Below are positions 1 through 8,613 of a stretch of 64,000 nucleotides of DNA, in pieces (the stretch's first letter is position 1; each line of letters opens with the position of its first letter). The stretch comes from Armatimonadota bacterium (GTDB lineage Bacteria > Armatimonadota > UBA10988): NCBI GenBank assembly GCA_016235455.1, contig JACRKZ010000079.1, positions 8,476-72,475 of the forward strand. Direction: 5' to 3'. Position numbers and translations under genes: made by a program. The notes beneath the pieces were generated by a model that saw only the letters and a program-made list of their open reading frames with translations, did not search any database and had not been told where the DNA came from.

Positions 1-520
1 TGATCTGGTTGGGCTCCAGCGCCAGCTGGCCGTCCCTGGTATCCAGCAGCACGAAGCCGGGCACCGGCGGCGCGGCAGCCATGGTCTCGCGGTAGTAGTA
101 GTAGTCGTTGGCGCGCCCGCCCTGGCGCATGGCGATGGTGGGCATCTTCTCGGGCAGCGCGCGCAGCGTGCCCGCCTGCCAGGCGTTGTCGACCTTGATC
201 TCCACGGCCCGGCCGAGGTTGGCCCGCAGCAGGTCGACCAACGTCAGCGCGTCGGTCGGCGTGCGGCGCGGCAGGTTTACTGCGGTGGCGCTCAACTCGG
301 CGCCGGCGGGCGGCACCAGCCAGAAACTGCCATGCACCGGCGCCGGCAGCTCGCCCACGATCCATTCGCCCGCGGCTGGCACGGTGACATCGCGTACCAC
401 CATGGCCAACCCGTTCTTGAACAGCGCGGCTGTACGGATCTTGGCCGGCAGCACCTCCGGCCCTTGGGCCAAGGCCAGCGAACCGAGGAGCAAGGACAGC
501 ACGATGGCACATCGACGCAT
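1..520 (-). CDS. Secreted DUF4139-like protein, N-terminal part (runs off the window start)
   Basis: Not in the ORF track because it is truncated. Read manually: ATG at 520 with GGAG upstream, MRRCAIVLSLLLGSLALAQGPEVLPAKIRTAALFKNGLAMVVRDV...; signal peptide, and the ALFKNG motif resembles DUF4139/DUF4140 N-termini. Open to position 2. Confidence 0.65.
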   Translation of the reverse strand, partial: MRRCAIVLSLLLGSLALAQGPEVLPAKIRTAALFKNGLAMVVRDVTVPAAGEWIVGELPAPVHGSFWLVPPAGAELSATAVNLPRRTPTDALTLVDLLRANLGRAVEIKVDNAWQAGTLRALPEKMPTIAMRQGGRANDYYYYRETMAAAPPVPGFVLLDTRDGQLALEPNQI

Positions 521-605
521 GGTCGTCTCCCTGTTGCGGCGCCCTCGGCTGCCAGTACCCAGGCAGAGGCAGACGCGTTTACGTTTTGGTCACAGCGTCG
601 TCGCC

Positions 606-635
606 TTGACGCCGGCCGTCGCGGCAGGCTAGCCT
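606..635 (+). promoter_or_regulatory. Possible sigma70-type promoter for the 654 gene
   Basis: TTGACG (606-611), 18-nt spacer, TAGCCT (630-635), followed by a GGAG RBS. GCCTTGACG occurs twice (603-611, 632-640). Confidence 0.35.
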
Positions 636-653
636 TGACGTGGAGAACCCTAG

Positions 654-1997
654 ATGCGCATCATCTCGTTGGCCACGCTGTTGGGCGCGCTGCCCGTCAT
701 GGCGGTGCCGCCGTCCATCTCGCCGTCGACTTATGGCGGATGGAAGGCCACCAGCCTGAGCAACGGTCTGGTGGAGGTGGTCATCGTGCCGCAAATCGGC
801 GGGCGCATCATCCAGTACAAGCTGGGCGACAAGGAGTTCTTCTGGGTCAATCCCGATCTCAAGGGCAAGACATCACCGCCCAGCGGGCTCGGGCCGGACG
901 GCGCGTGGCTCAACTACGGTGGCGAGAAGCTGTGGCCCGCACCCCAGGGCGCGATGCCCGACGGCTGGCCTGGCCCGCCGGACGCCATACTCGACGGCTC
1001 GCCGCACACGCTGACCACCTACAGCGCCGACGGCCACGCCGCGGTGCGCCTGACCAGCCTGGATGACCCGCGCAGCGGTATCCGCTTCAGCCGGTCGGTG
1101 CGTGTCTTCCCGGGCACCACGCGCGTCAGCATCGAAGCCACGATGATCAACATCGACAGCAAGCCGCGGCGCTGGGGCATCTGGTCCGTGACCCAGAACA
1201 ACGGCGTGGCACCCACGGGCCGGGGCTACAACAACCTGCTCTCGGCCTACTGCCCCACCAACCCCCGGAGCCGCTATGCCGGCGGCTACAACGTGATGTG
1301 CGGCAGCGCCACCAACCCCACCTTCCGCGCCGACCCGGTGACCGGCGTGACGCGGGTCGACTACCAGTATCAGGTGGGCAAGATCGGCCTCGACTCGGTC
1401 GGCGGCTGGGTCGGCGTAGTCGATGGCGCCAGCGGCTACTGCTTCGTCGAGCGGTACACGCCGCATCCCGACAAACCGTACCCGGACAACGCCTCCGTGG
1501 AGTTCTGGTCGAGCGGCCTGGGCAAAGTCCACGAGACCGACCCGGCCCCGATGCCCAACGACCCCAAGCTCACGCCGTACCTGGTCGAGAGCGAGCTGCT
1601 CGGCCCGCTGACCAGCCTGGCGCCGGGCGAGAGCACCACCTTCTGCTACAGCTTCCAGGCCTGCAACGTGGGCGGCACCTACCCCATCCTCGACTGCACC
1701 GAGGTGGGCGTGACCTGCGAGCGCCTGCGCGTCGGCGGCGGCAGCAGCCTGCATGTCACCGGCCGGTTCGGCGTGTTCCAGCCTGGCCGCCTGGCGTTGC
1801 GGCTGCTCGACGCCAAGGCGCGCGTGCGCGAGACGATCGACCTGACCCAGGTCGCCACGCCTCTCAAGCCGGTGCCCGTCGACGTCACCTTTGACCGCCG
1901 CGACCTGCCCGTGGCCGCGCTGGCGCTGGTCCTGCTCGACGAGAGCGGCAAGCAGGTCGGCGTGCTGGGGCGAGTTGATGTGGGCGCCGGCAGGTAG
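654..1997 (+). CDS. Secreted DUF4380 / galactose-mutarotase-like protein
   Basis: Signal peptide; LSNGLVEVVIVPQIGGRIIQY and WLNYGGEKLWPAPQ resemble DUF4380; GGAG RBS. Confidence 0.65.
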   Translation: MRIISLATLLGALPVMAVPPSISPSTYGGWKATSLSNGLVEVVIVPQIGGRIIQYKLGDKEFFWVNPDLKGKTSPPSGLGPDGAWLNYGGEKLWPAPQGAMPDGWPGPPDAILDGSPHTLTTYSADGHAAVRLTSLDDPRSGIRFSRSVRVFPGTTRVSIEATMINIDSKPRRWGIWSVTQNNGVAPTGRGYNNLLSAYCPTNPRSRYAGGYNVMCGSATNPTFRADPVTGVTRVDYQYQVGKIGLDSVGGWVGVVDGASGYCFVERYTPHPDKPYPDNASVEFWSSGLGKVHETDPAPMPNDPKLTPYLVESELLGPLTSLAPGESTTFCYSFQACNVGGTYPILDCTEVGVTCERLRVGGGSSLHVTGRFGVFQPGRLALRLLDAKARVRETIDLTQVATPLKPVPVDVTFDRRDLPVAALALVLLDESGKQVGVLGRVDVGAGR

Positions 1998-2075
1998 GCC
2001 ACGGGCCTGCTGGCCTGCCATACGGCCGACCGCCTACGTCCGACATGCGTTAAGCTAGAGCCGGGAGAGAGCCCG

Positions 2076-3803
2076 ATGCTGTCGGTTGCGCTGTGCTTGT
2101 CGTTGCTGGCCACTCCGGTCGTGCCCGCCAACCTGGCCAGCGCTCTGGCCGGCCTGCCGGCCGGTGGCGTGCTCACCTTGGCGCCTGGCGAGGTCGCGGG
2201 CTCGGTCAACATCCCCGCCGACGGCGTGACTCTGCAAGGCAGCGGCGGCACGCGGCTGCGCGGCGCGGTGCGCGTCGGCGCACACGTAGGCGTTACACTG
2301 CGCGGGCTCAGCCTGGAGCCGGGCGACGACACGGCCGTGGATGGCGCGCAAGCCGAGGGGCTGACCGTCGACTCCTGCCGCATTGCCGGCGCGCGCATCG
2401 GCGTGGCCTTGGGCAAAGGCGGCGTGGTTACCGGCTGCACCTTCAGCGGCATCACCCAGACCGCGATCGAGGTCGGCACCGACGGTGTGCGTGTCGAGGA
2501 CAACCTGCTGATCGACTGCGGACGTGGTCGGGACGGCGCTGGTATCACGCTGCGCGGCGGCAAGGGCGCGCTCGTGCGCGGCAATTGGCTGGTGCGTAGC
2601 GCGCTGGTAGTCGGCGCGGTGGGCGAGGCCACGCTCGAAGCCAACGCGCTCAGCGGCGCGGGCATCGAAGTCGGGCCCGGCGCCAAGGGCGTGCAGTTGG
2701 CGCTCAACACCATCTACGACGCCCCGCAGGCCGTGACGCTGCGTGACGGCACCGACAATCGACTGCTGGGCAACTGGTTGCTCGACGGTCGCTTCCTGTT
2801 CGGCCAGGCCGTCGGCCACGAGGGCATGGGACTGGTGCTGGCCGAGCATGTTGCCGGCGGCAGCGCCGACAACATGGTTGCGGGCAACCTGTTCCAAGTC
2901 TCCGGCCCGGCGGTCGTGGCTCAGAGCGATTCGCCGCCAACACCGCGCAAGCCCGCGGACCCGTGCCCGCTGCTGCGCCGCAACCGCTTCTCGGGCAACC
3001 TCTACGACCGCGCCGACAGCCAGTCGACGCTGCCGGTGGGCATGTTGCTCGAAGGGACTGGCCGGCCGGTGCCGGTGCCCACGCTGGCCGCCTATGACCA
3101 GCGTGGCCTCCTGGCGCAGTCCGACCCGGGCGACCTGGGTCTGCTGCCCCGCTGGCTGTGGATCACCGCGGGCGACAAGCCGGCGCTGCTGCCGAGCCTC
3201 TACGACCCGTCGTGCGAGGCGCCGTCGGTACGCGATGGCGTGCCCGTGGGCTGGACGCCGGCGGGCGGTCAGACCTCATTAAGCACCGATGGCGATGCCC
3301 GCGACGGCCGCTGCGCCCTGCAGGTCGTCGGCCGCGGCGACGAGCCGGCGCCCATTGGCTGGCGCTCGCAGCGGCTGCCGGTGCTGCCGGGCGCCACCTA
3401 CGGCCTGGCTGCCTGGCTGCGCACCGATGACGTGCAGCCGATGACCGATGACGGCGGGGTCGTGGTCACCGCGCGCTGGCTTTCGGTCACTGGCGAGGTG
3501 CTGGGCCGCGTGGTGCTCCTCGGGCCGGGCGAACTGCCGCTGCTGCGCCGGGGCACGCAGCCCTGGACCGATCTCTCCAGTGAGCAATCAGCACCTGAGC
3601 AGGCGGCCTGGCTGGAGGTCTTTGCCGGGCTCGACCACGCCAAGGGCAATGTGCGTTTCGACGCGGTGAGCATCGAGCAGACGCAGCCGTCGGCACCGAC
3701 ACTCACCCGGCTGCCGTGGTTGGCCAAGCCTGGCGACCCGCCTCCGCCGCCCAAACCCAAGCGCATGCAGCCCTGGCGGCCCGGCTGGGGCAAGGTCAAC
3801 TAG
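2076..3803 (+). CDS. Secreted right-handed beta-helix protein with C-terminal carbohydrate-binding-like domain
   Basis: Signal peptide; repeated V/L-x-x-N-x-[IFL] beta-helix rungs in the N-half; C-terminal CBM4_9-like segment (PSCEAP...PVGW...LPGATYGLAAWLRT...GNVRFDAVSIE). Confidence 0.6.
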   Translation: MLSVALCLSLLATPVVPANLASALAGLPAGGVLTLAPGEVAGSVNIPADGVTLQGSGGTRLRGAVRVGAHVGVTLRGLSLEPGDDTAVDGAQAEGLTVDSCRIAGARIGVALGKGGVVTGCTFSGITQTAIEVGTDGVRVEDNLLIDCGRGRDGAGITLRGGKGALVRGNWLVRSALVVGAVGEATLEANALSGAGIEVGPGAKGVQLALNTIYDAPQAVTLRDGTDNRLLGNWLLDGRFLFGQAVGHEGMGLVLAEHVAGGSADNMVAGNLFQVSGPAVVAQSDSPPTPRKPADPCPLLRRNRFSGNLYDRADSQSTLPVGMLLEGTGRPVPVPTLAAYDQRGLLAQSDPGDLGLLPRWLWITAGDKPALLPSLYDPSCEAPSVRDGVPVGWTPAGGQTSLSTDGDARDGRCALQVVGRGDEPAPIGWRSQRLPVLPGATYGLAAWLRTDDVQPMTDDGGVVVTARWLSVTGEVLGRVVLLGPGELPLLRRGTQPWTDLSSEQSAPEQAAWLEVFAGLDHAKGNVRFDAVSIEQTQPSAPTLTRLPWLAKPGDPPPPPKPKRMQPWRPGWGKVN

Positions 3804-3899
3804 AGCAGTCTCAGTCGCAGACTGAGCAGTCTCAGTCGCAGACTGAGCAGTCTCAGTCGCAGACTGAGCAGTCTCAGTCGCAGACTGAGCGGGCTCAGT
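3803..3899. repeat. 21-bp tandem repeat of alternating inverted 7-mers, about 4.2 copies plus a degenerate end copy
   Basis: GAGCAGTCTCAGTCGCAGACT at 3803, 3824, 3845 and 3866, then GAGCGGGCTCAGT. GACTGAG and CTCAGTC are reverse complements. Lies between convergent stop codons. Confidence 0.95.
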
Positions 3900-6123
3900 T
3901 GGTCGGCGCCACCGTATAGGTGTACCAGCGTGGGGTCTCGGCGATATCGCCGCGGAGCACCGTGGCCTTGACCCAGTGCGGGCCAGGCGTGCTGACCTCG
4001 GGCCGGTACTCGGCCGGCGAGGGGAGCGGCAACTTCGCCGCACCGACCTCGCGGCCGTCGTCGTCGACCACCGCCAATGCCAGCGTCACGTCCTGCCGCG
4101 GCTCGGCGCAGGTAAACCGCAGACGCGGCGGCTCGGGGCCGGCGGCCTTGTTGGTCAACTGCACGCAGCGCAGTGTCACTGGTGCCGTCAGGCCGTCCAG
4201 ATCGAGGCGCGTCGGCGTGTTGCCGCCAGCGGACAGGGCCACACTGCGGCCCTCGGGCGTGAACAGCGCGCCCCGCGCGCCGCGGCCCGTGCTGGCGGTG
4301 GTCAGCGGCAGCGCCGTGCCGTAGCTGCCGTCGGTGGGCGCCACCATCAGCGTGTCGCTCGACTCGTCGTAGTACAGCACGCGGCGTCGCGTGGCATCGA
4401 GCGACGGCGCGGCATAGGTGCGCGCAGGCGCCCACGGCCGCAGCAACTGCAGCGTGCCGTCGGGCGTGAGCAGCACCACCGCCTGGCGCTCCTCGCTCAG
4501 CAAGGTAGCCAGCAGCGTGCCGTCGGGCAAGCACTCGGCATCGCCCAAGCCCGGCTGGCCGAACGGCGCGGGCGGCGCCACCTCAGCGCCGGCGTCCAGG
4601 TCGTAGGCGCGCAACCGGCTGGCTCGAGCGCGCAGATCCTGCTCGGTCACGAGCAGCAGCCGACCGTCGGGCGTCCAAGTCGTGCGGCGCAGCGTCTTGT
4701 CGCCCTCGGCGGTCATGATCTGCTTGTGTGCGCCCGACGAGTTGGTCTTCTGCAGCCACAAGGCGTTGCCCACGACCCAGGCCAGATGGCCCTCGTCCGG
4801 GCTCCAGGTGGCCCAGGTCTTGGTGGTCTCCTGGTCGGTCAACTGCGTGGCCAGGCCGTGGCCGAGGATGTCGGTGGCCTGGAGCTGGTTGTGGAAGTTG
4901 TCGGCGTAGAGTACACGGTCGCCGGCGGGGCTGACATCCCAGATCTGGCCGCCGCGGTCCCATAGCTGGCGGCGCGCAGTTGTGGTCACGCCGAGTCGCA
5001 CCCGCGCCGAGCGCAGGCTGAACGGCTCATCGGCCACGAACGATTCCCAGATGGAGCTGGGATCGCCCCCGTCGGCCGCGGCCAGCGCCGCGGTGCCGTA
5101 GAGCGCGTCGGAATCCTGTGCATCCCTGGTCAGTGCCGCCTGCAGCGCCACACTGGCGCCGCCGGCGTTGCCTTCCTGGCGCAGCAGTTCGCCATAGGCG
5201 GCCAACACACAGGCCTCATTGGGCCAGCGCGTCACGGCCAGCGTGGCGTCGGTCATGGCCAGGCCGGTGTCGCCGAGCTGGTACCGCGCCACCGCCGCCA
5301 GCGCGGCCGCCTTGGGCTGGTCGTCGACCTCCGGTCCGGCCTGGCGCAGCCGGCTGTAAGCATCGCCGGGATCGCCCGACACCACCGCCAGTTCGGCCAG
5401 GGTCACCAGCGCCTGCGTGCGCAACTCAGCTGAGCGCGAGGCCTCGCCCGCCAGCGTCGACGCCGGCCGGGATTCGCCCAGCCAGGCGAACAGCCGCGCG
5501 CCGCGCAGTGCCGCGGCTGGGGAGTTGTCCCAACTCGACCACCAGCCCGGCATGGCCCGCACCAGCGCCTCGCGCCAGTCTGGCCGAAGGTCGCGCAGCC
5601 GCCAGCCGACGGCCGCCGCCGCCTTGCGGTCGCTCGGCTGGTCGAACGCCGCGCGCAGCAGCGCAAACATATCGTCGACCACCGGCTTGGGCAGCGCGCC
5701 GAGGGCGGCGTTCATGGCGGGGGTCGGCGCCGGCGGCAGCGCGGTCGGGCCGACCGTGGGGATGCCGCCGACCGGCGGGCCGCCAGGCCGAGGCTGGTTG
5801 GCCGCTGGCCGGATGGACAGCATCGGGCCGAAGACCTGGTACTCGAGGCCGCGACCGGCGAGCAGTTGGTCCAGCGCGAAGGTCACCGTGACCTCGCGCA
5901 GCACGAGATCGACCTTGTCGGTGGGCAGCGTCGTGCCGACGACGGCCAGCTTGAGCCCAGCCTGTTCGACCACCTTGGCCAAGGCTTCCGGCAGCGGCAT
6001 GCCTTGGGCCTGTAGCGAGATCTTGCCGCCGCCGGCGGGAGCCGCGGCCGGCTGGCCGACAACCAGACCCGCCATCAGGACGCCCCAAAGGCACCACCAG
6101 CCCACACTGCTTACCCGTCTCAT
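3895..6123 (-). CDS. Secreted STN-like domain / TPR / beta-propeller (TolB-like) protein
   Basis: Likely start MRRVSSVGWW at 6123; signal peptide; STN/secretin-N0-like ISLQAQGMPLPEALAKVVEQAGL...FALDQLLAGRGLEYQV; Pro-rich linker; TPR-like helices; PD40-like WSPDE, WTPDG and FTPEG repeats. Confidence 0.65.
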   Translation of the reverse strand: MRRVSSVGWWCLWGVLMAGLVVGQPAAAPAGGGKISLQAQGMPLPEALAKVVEQAGLKLAVVGTTLPTDKVDLVLREVTVTFALDQLLAGRGLEYQVFGPMLSIRPAANQPRPGGPPVGGIPTVGPTALPPAPTPAMNAALGALPKPVVDDMFALLRAAFDQPSDRKAAAAVGWRLRDLRPDWREALVRAMPGWWSSWDNSPAAALRGARLFAWLGESRPASTLAGEASRSAELRTQALVTLAELAVVSGDPGDAYSRLRQAGPEVDDQPKAAALAAVARYQLGDTGLAMTDATLAVTRWPNEACVLAAYGELLRQEGNAGGASVALQAALTRDAQDSDALYGTAALAAADGGDPSSIWESFVADEPFSLRSARVRLGVTTTARRQLWDRGGQIWDVSPAGDRVLYADNFHNQLQATDILGHGLATQLTDQETTKTWATWSPDEGHLAWVVGNALWLQKTNSSGAHKQIMTAEGDKTLRRTTWTPDGRLLLVTEQDLRARASRLRAYDLDAGAEVAPPAPFGQPGLGDAECLPDGTLLATLLSEERQAVVLLTPDGTLQLLRPWAPARTYAAPSLDATRRRVLYYDESSDTLMVAPTDGSYGTALPLTTASTGRGARGALFTPEGRSVALSAGGNTPTRLDLDGLTAPVTLRCVQLTNKAAGPEPPRLRFTCAEPRQDVTLALAVVDDDGREVGAAKLPLPSPAEYRPEVSTPGPHWVKATVLRGDIAETPRWYTYTVAPTN

Positions 6124-6236
6124 GGCTGCTCCACGTCTCGCCAGCCCGTTGGACGCTGACACGCCCCGCCTTGTTCGATGCCCGCCGCCGGGCGATTCGT
6201 GGCATCATGAGGGGAACGTTGAACCCGGAGGCCCGT

Positions 6237-7241
6237 ATGTCCCGCGCCAAGCTGCTGGTGAATCTACCACCTGGTTTCCACTCCGTGCCGCAATTGCAGC
6301 CCGTCTTTGAGCGCCTGGCCGACCGATTCGAGCTGCGCCGCACCTCGCACAACGCGCCAGACGAGATCGCCGCCGACCTGGCCTGGGCCGACGCTGTGCT
6401 CATGTGGTCGTGGCCGGCACTGGACGACGACCTGCTCGACCGCGCACCCAATCTGAGAATGTCCGCGCAGCTCGACGTGGGTGGCGCAGCGGCGCGCGTG
6501 GCCTTGAGGCGCGGCTTTCCGCTGTCGGTGGCACGCGGCGGGTTCTCACCGGCGGTGGCCGAGTTCGCGCTGGGCTTGATCCTCAACGGGCTGCGCCGCA
6601 TCAGCGACTTCCACGCCGAGATGCGGCTGGGAACCGAGCCGTGGGTTCGCAGCTACCCTGACGACATCGATCCCCGCGAGCGCGAGTTGACCGGCGCCAG
6701 CGTCGGGCTGGTCGGCTTCGGCGGTGTGGGCCGGCGCCTGGCCGAGTTGCTCGGCCCGTTCCACTGCGACCTGCGTGTCTACGACCCGTTCGTCGCGGAC
6801 GAACCCGTGGCCACAGCGGGTGGTCGCCGCGTCGAACTGGCCGACCTGATCAGCCAATCCGACGTGGTCGTGCTCTGTGCGGCCAACAACGCGGGCACGA
6901 AGCACCTGCTCGACGAGGCGGCGGTCAGCCGGCTGCGCGAGGGCGCGCTGCTCGTCAATGTGGCGCGCTCGGCACTGGTCGACGGCGCGGCGCTGGCCCG
7001 ACGCGTGGCTGCCGGCGAGGTGACGGCCATGCTGGACGTGTTCGACACCGAGCCGCTGCCCGCCGACTCGCCCTGGCGCGGCCTGGCCGGCGCCTACCTC
7101 ACACCACACCGTGCCGGTGGGCTGCTCAGCTCGACGCGACGCATCCTCGAAGCGTTGGCCGACGACCTGGAAGCCTGCTTCGACGGCCGGCCGCGGCGCT
7201 GGGCGTTGACCGAGGCCATGCTGCCCGGATTGGATGGCTGA
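6237..7241 (+). CDS. D-isomer-specific 2-hydroxyacid dehydrogenase family protein
   Basis: GLVGFGGVG NAD motif, NVARS, LDVFDTEP, LTPHRAG; GGAGG RBS before ATG 6237. Confidence 0.9.
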   Translation: MSRAKLLVNLPPGFHSVPQLQPVFERLADRFELRRTSHNAPDEIAADLAWADAVLMWSWPALDDDLLDRAPNLRMSAQLDVGGAAARVALRRGFPLSVARGGFSPAVAEFALGLILNGLRRISDFHAEMRLGTEPWVRSYPDDIDPRERELTGASVGLVGFGGVGRRLAELLGPFHCDLRVYDPFVADEPVATAGGRRVELADLISQSDVVVLCAANNAGTKHLLDEAAVSRLREGALLVNVARSALVDGAALARRVAAGEVTAMLDVFDTEPLPADSPWRGLAGAYLTPHRAGGLLSSTRRILEALADDLEACFDGRPRRWALTEAMLPGLDG

Positions 7242-7296
7242 TCCCGGCAGGACGCGCGCGGCGCATGACGAAGCCACCTGACCAAGTGAGGTGGCG

Positions 7297-8613
7297 ATGA
7301 ACGCATCGAAGTCGCGGTATCTGGTGGCCCTCGCGCTGCTGCTCGGCGCGCTGGCCCGGCCCTGGGCGCAGCCGGCACCGCCTGCAGCGCCGGCGCCGGT
7401 CGAGCTGTCGGTGGTCACCGACAAGCCCGCGGCGCTCTATACCGTCGGCGAGCAGGTCAGGTTCATGGTCACGCTGCGGCGCGACGGCGCCCCAGCGGCC
7501 GACGGCGACGTGGCCTGGCAACTGGACAAGGACGGCGTAGCGCCGGTCACGCGCGGCACGGTCAAGGTGGCCAACGGCTCGGCAACCGTCACGGGCAGCC
7601 TGGCCGAGCCCGGCTTTCTGGCCTGCCGGCTGACCTACACGCCGCCCGGCGGCAAGGCCGTCACGTCGGTGGCCGGCGCTGGGTTCGAGCCCGAGAAAAT
7701 CAAGCCCAGCTTGCCGGTGCCCGATGATTTTGACACCTTCTGGGCCGCGCAGAAGGCCAAGTTGCGCGCTCAGGCCGCGCCCGCCGCGCTGAAGACGGTG
7801 CCCTCACCCAGTGCCGACACCGACTGCTTCGACGTGCAGATCCCGTGCCTCGACTGGCGCCCGGTCTCGGCCTATCTGGCCAAGCCCAAAGACGCCAAGC
7901 CCGGCAGCCTGCCGATCATCCTGTCGGTGCACGGTGCGGGCGTGCGCGGCTCCAGTCTCGGCGGCGCGGTCGGCAACTCGCGGGGCTACCGAGCGCTGTC
8001 CATGGACCTGAACGCCAACGGCATCGCCAACGGCAAGCCCGACGCGTGGTACACCGAGATGGCCAACGGCGACCTGCGCGACTACCGCTTCCAGGGCCGC
8101 GACGACCGCGAGAAGTGCTACTTCCTGGGCATGTTCCTGCGTTTGGTGCGAGCGCTGGACTACCTGTGCAGCCAGCCCGAGTGGGACGGCAAGCACGTCA
8201 TCGTCACCGGCGGCAGCCAGGGCGGCGGACAGTCGCTGGCAGCGGCCGGGCTGGACCCGCGCGTGACGCTCATCTGCGCCGGTGTGCCGGCCATCTGCGA
8301 CCACTCGGGCAAGGTCGCCGGACGCATCAACGGCTGGCCCAAGCTGGTGCCCGACGTGGACGGCAAGCCGGACCCCAAGATCCTGGAGGTCGCCCGCTAC
8401 TTCGACTGCATGAACCTGGCGACCCGTAGCAAGGCCCGCGCCGTGCTGAGCGTGGGCTTCATCGACACGGTCTGCCCGCCGAGCAGCGTCTACGCCGCCT
8501 ACAACGCACTGCCCGGCACCAAGGACATCGTCTGCGAGCCACTCATGGGCCACGCCAGCACCGACCGTATCGGCCGGGCCTTTGGCGCGGCCATGCGGGC
8601 GCACCTGCAATGA
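7297..8613 (+). CDS. Secreted acetylxylan esterase (CE7/AXE1-like)
   Basis: Signal peptide; PDDFDTFW, VHGAG, nucleophile motif GGSQGGG, GFIDTVCPPSSVYAAYN, MGH. Confidence 0.85.
   Translation: MNASKSRYLVALALLLGALARPWAQPAPPAAPAPVELSVVTDKPAALYTVGEQVRFMVTLRRDGAPAADGDVAWQLDKDGVAPVTRGTVKVANGSATVTGSLAEPGFLACRLTYTPPGGKAVTSVAGAGFEPEKIKPSLPVPDDFDTFWAAQKAKLRAQAAPAALKTVPSPSADTDCFDVQIPCLDWRPVSAYLAKPKDAKPGSLPIILSVHGAGVRGSSLGGAVGNSRGYRALSMDLNANGIANGKPDAWYTEMANGDLRDYRFQGRDDREKCYFLGMFLRLVRALDYLCSQPEWDGKHVIVTGGSQGGGQSLAAAGLDPRVTLICAGVPAICDHSGKVAGRINGWPKLVPDVDGKPDPKILEVARYFDCMNLATRSKARAVLSVGFIDTVCPPSSVYAAYNALPGTKDIVCEPLMGHASTDRIGRAFGAAMRAHLQ

Noticed and set aside
3803-3899. CRISPR array
   Set aside because: Units are contiguous and identical with no unique spacers, and there are no cas genes in the window.
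3588-4043. ORFs with SATETAQ or QSQSQTE peptide repeats
   Set aside because: They are translations of the intergenic 21-bp repeat and overlap two well-supported genes.
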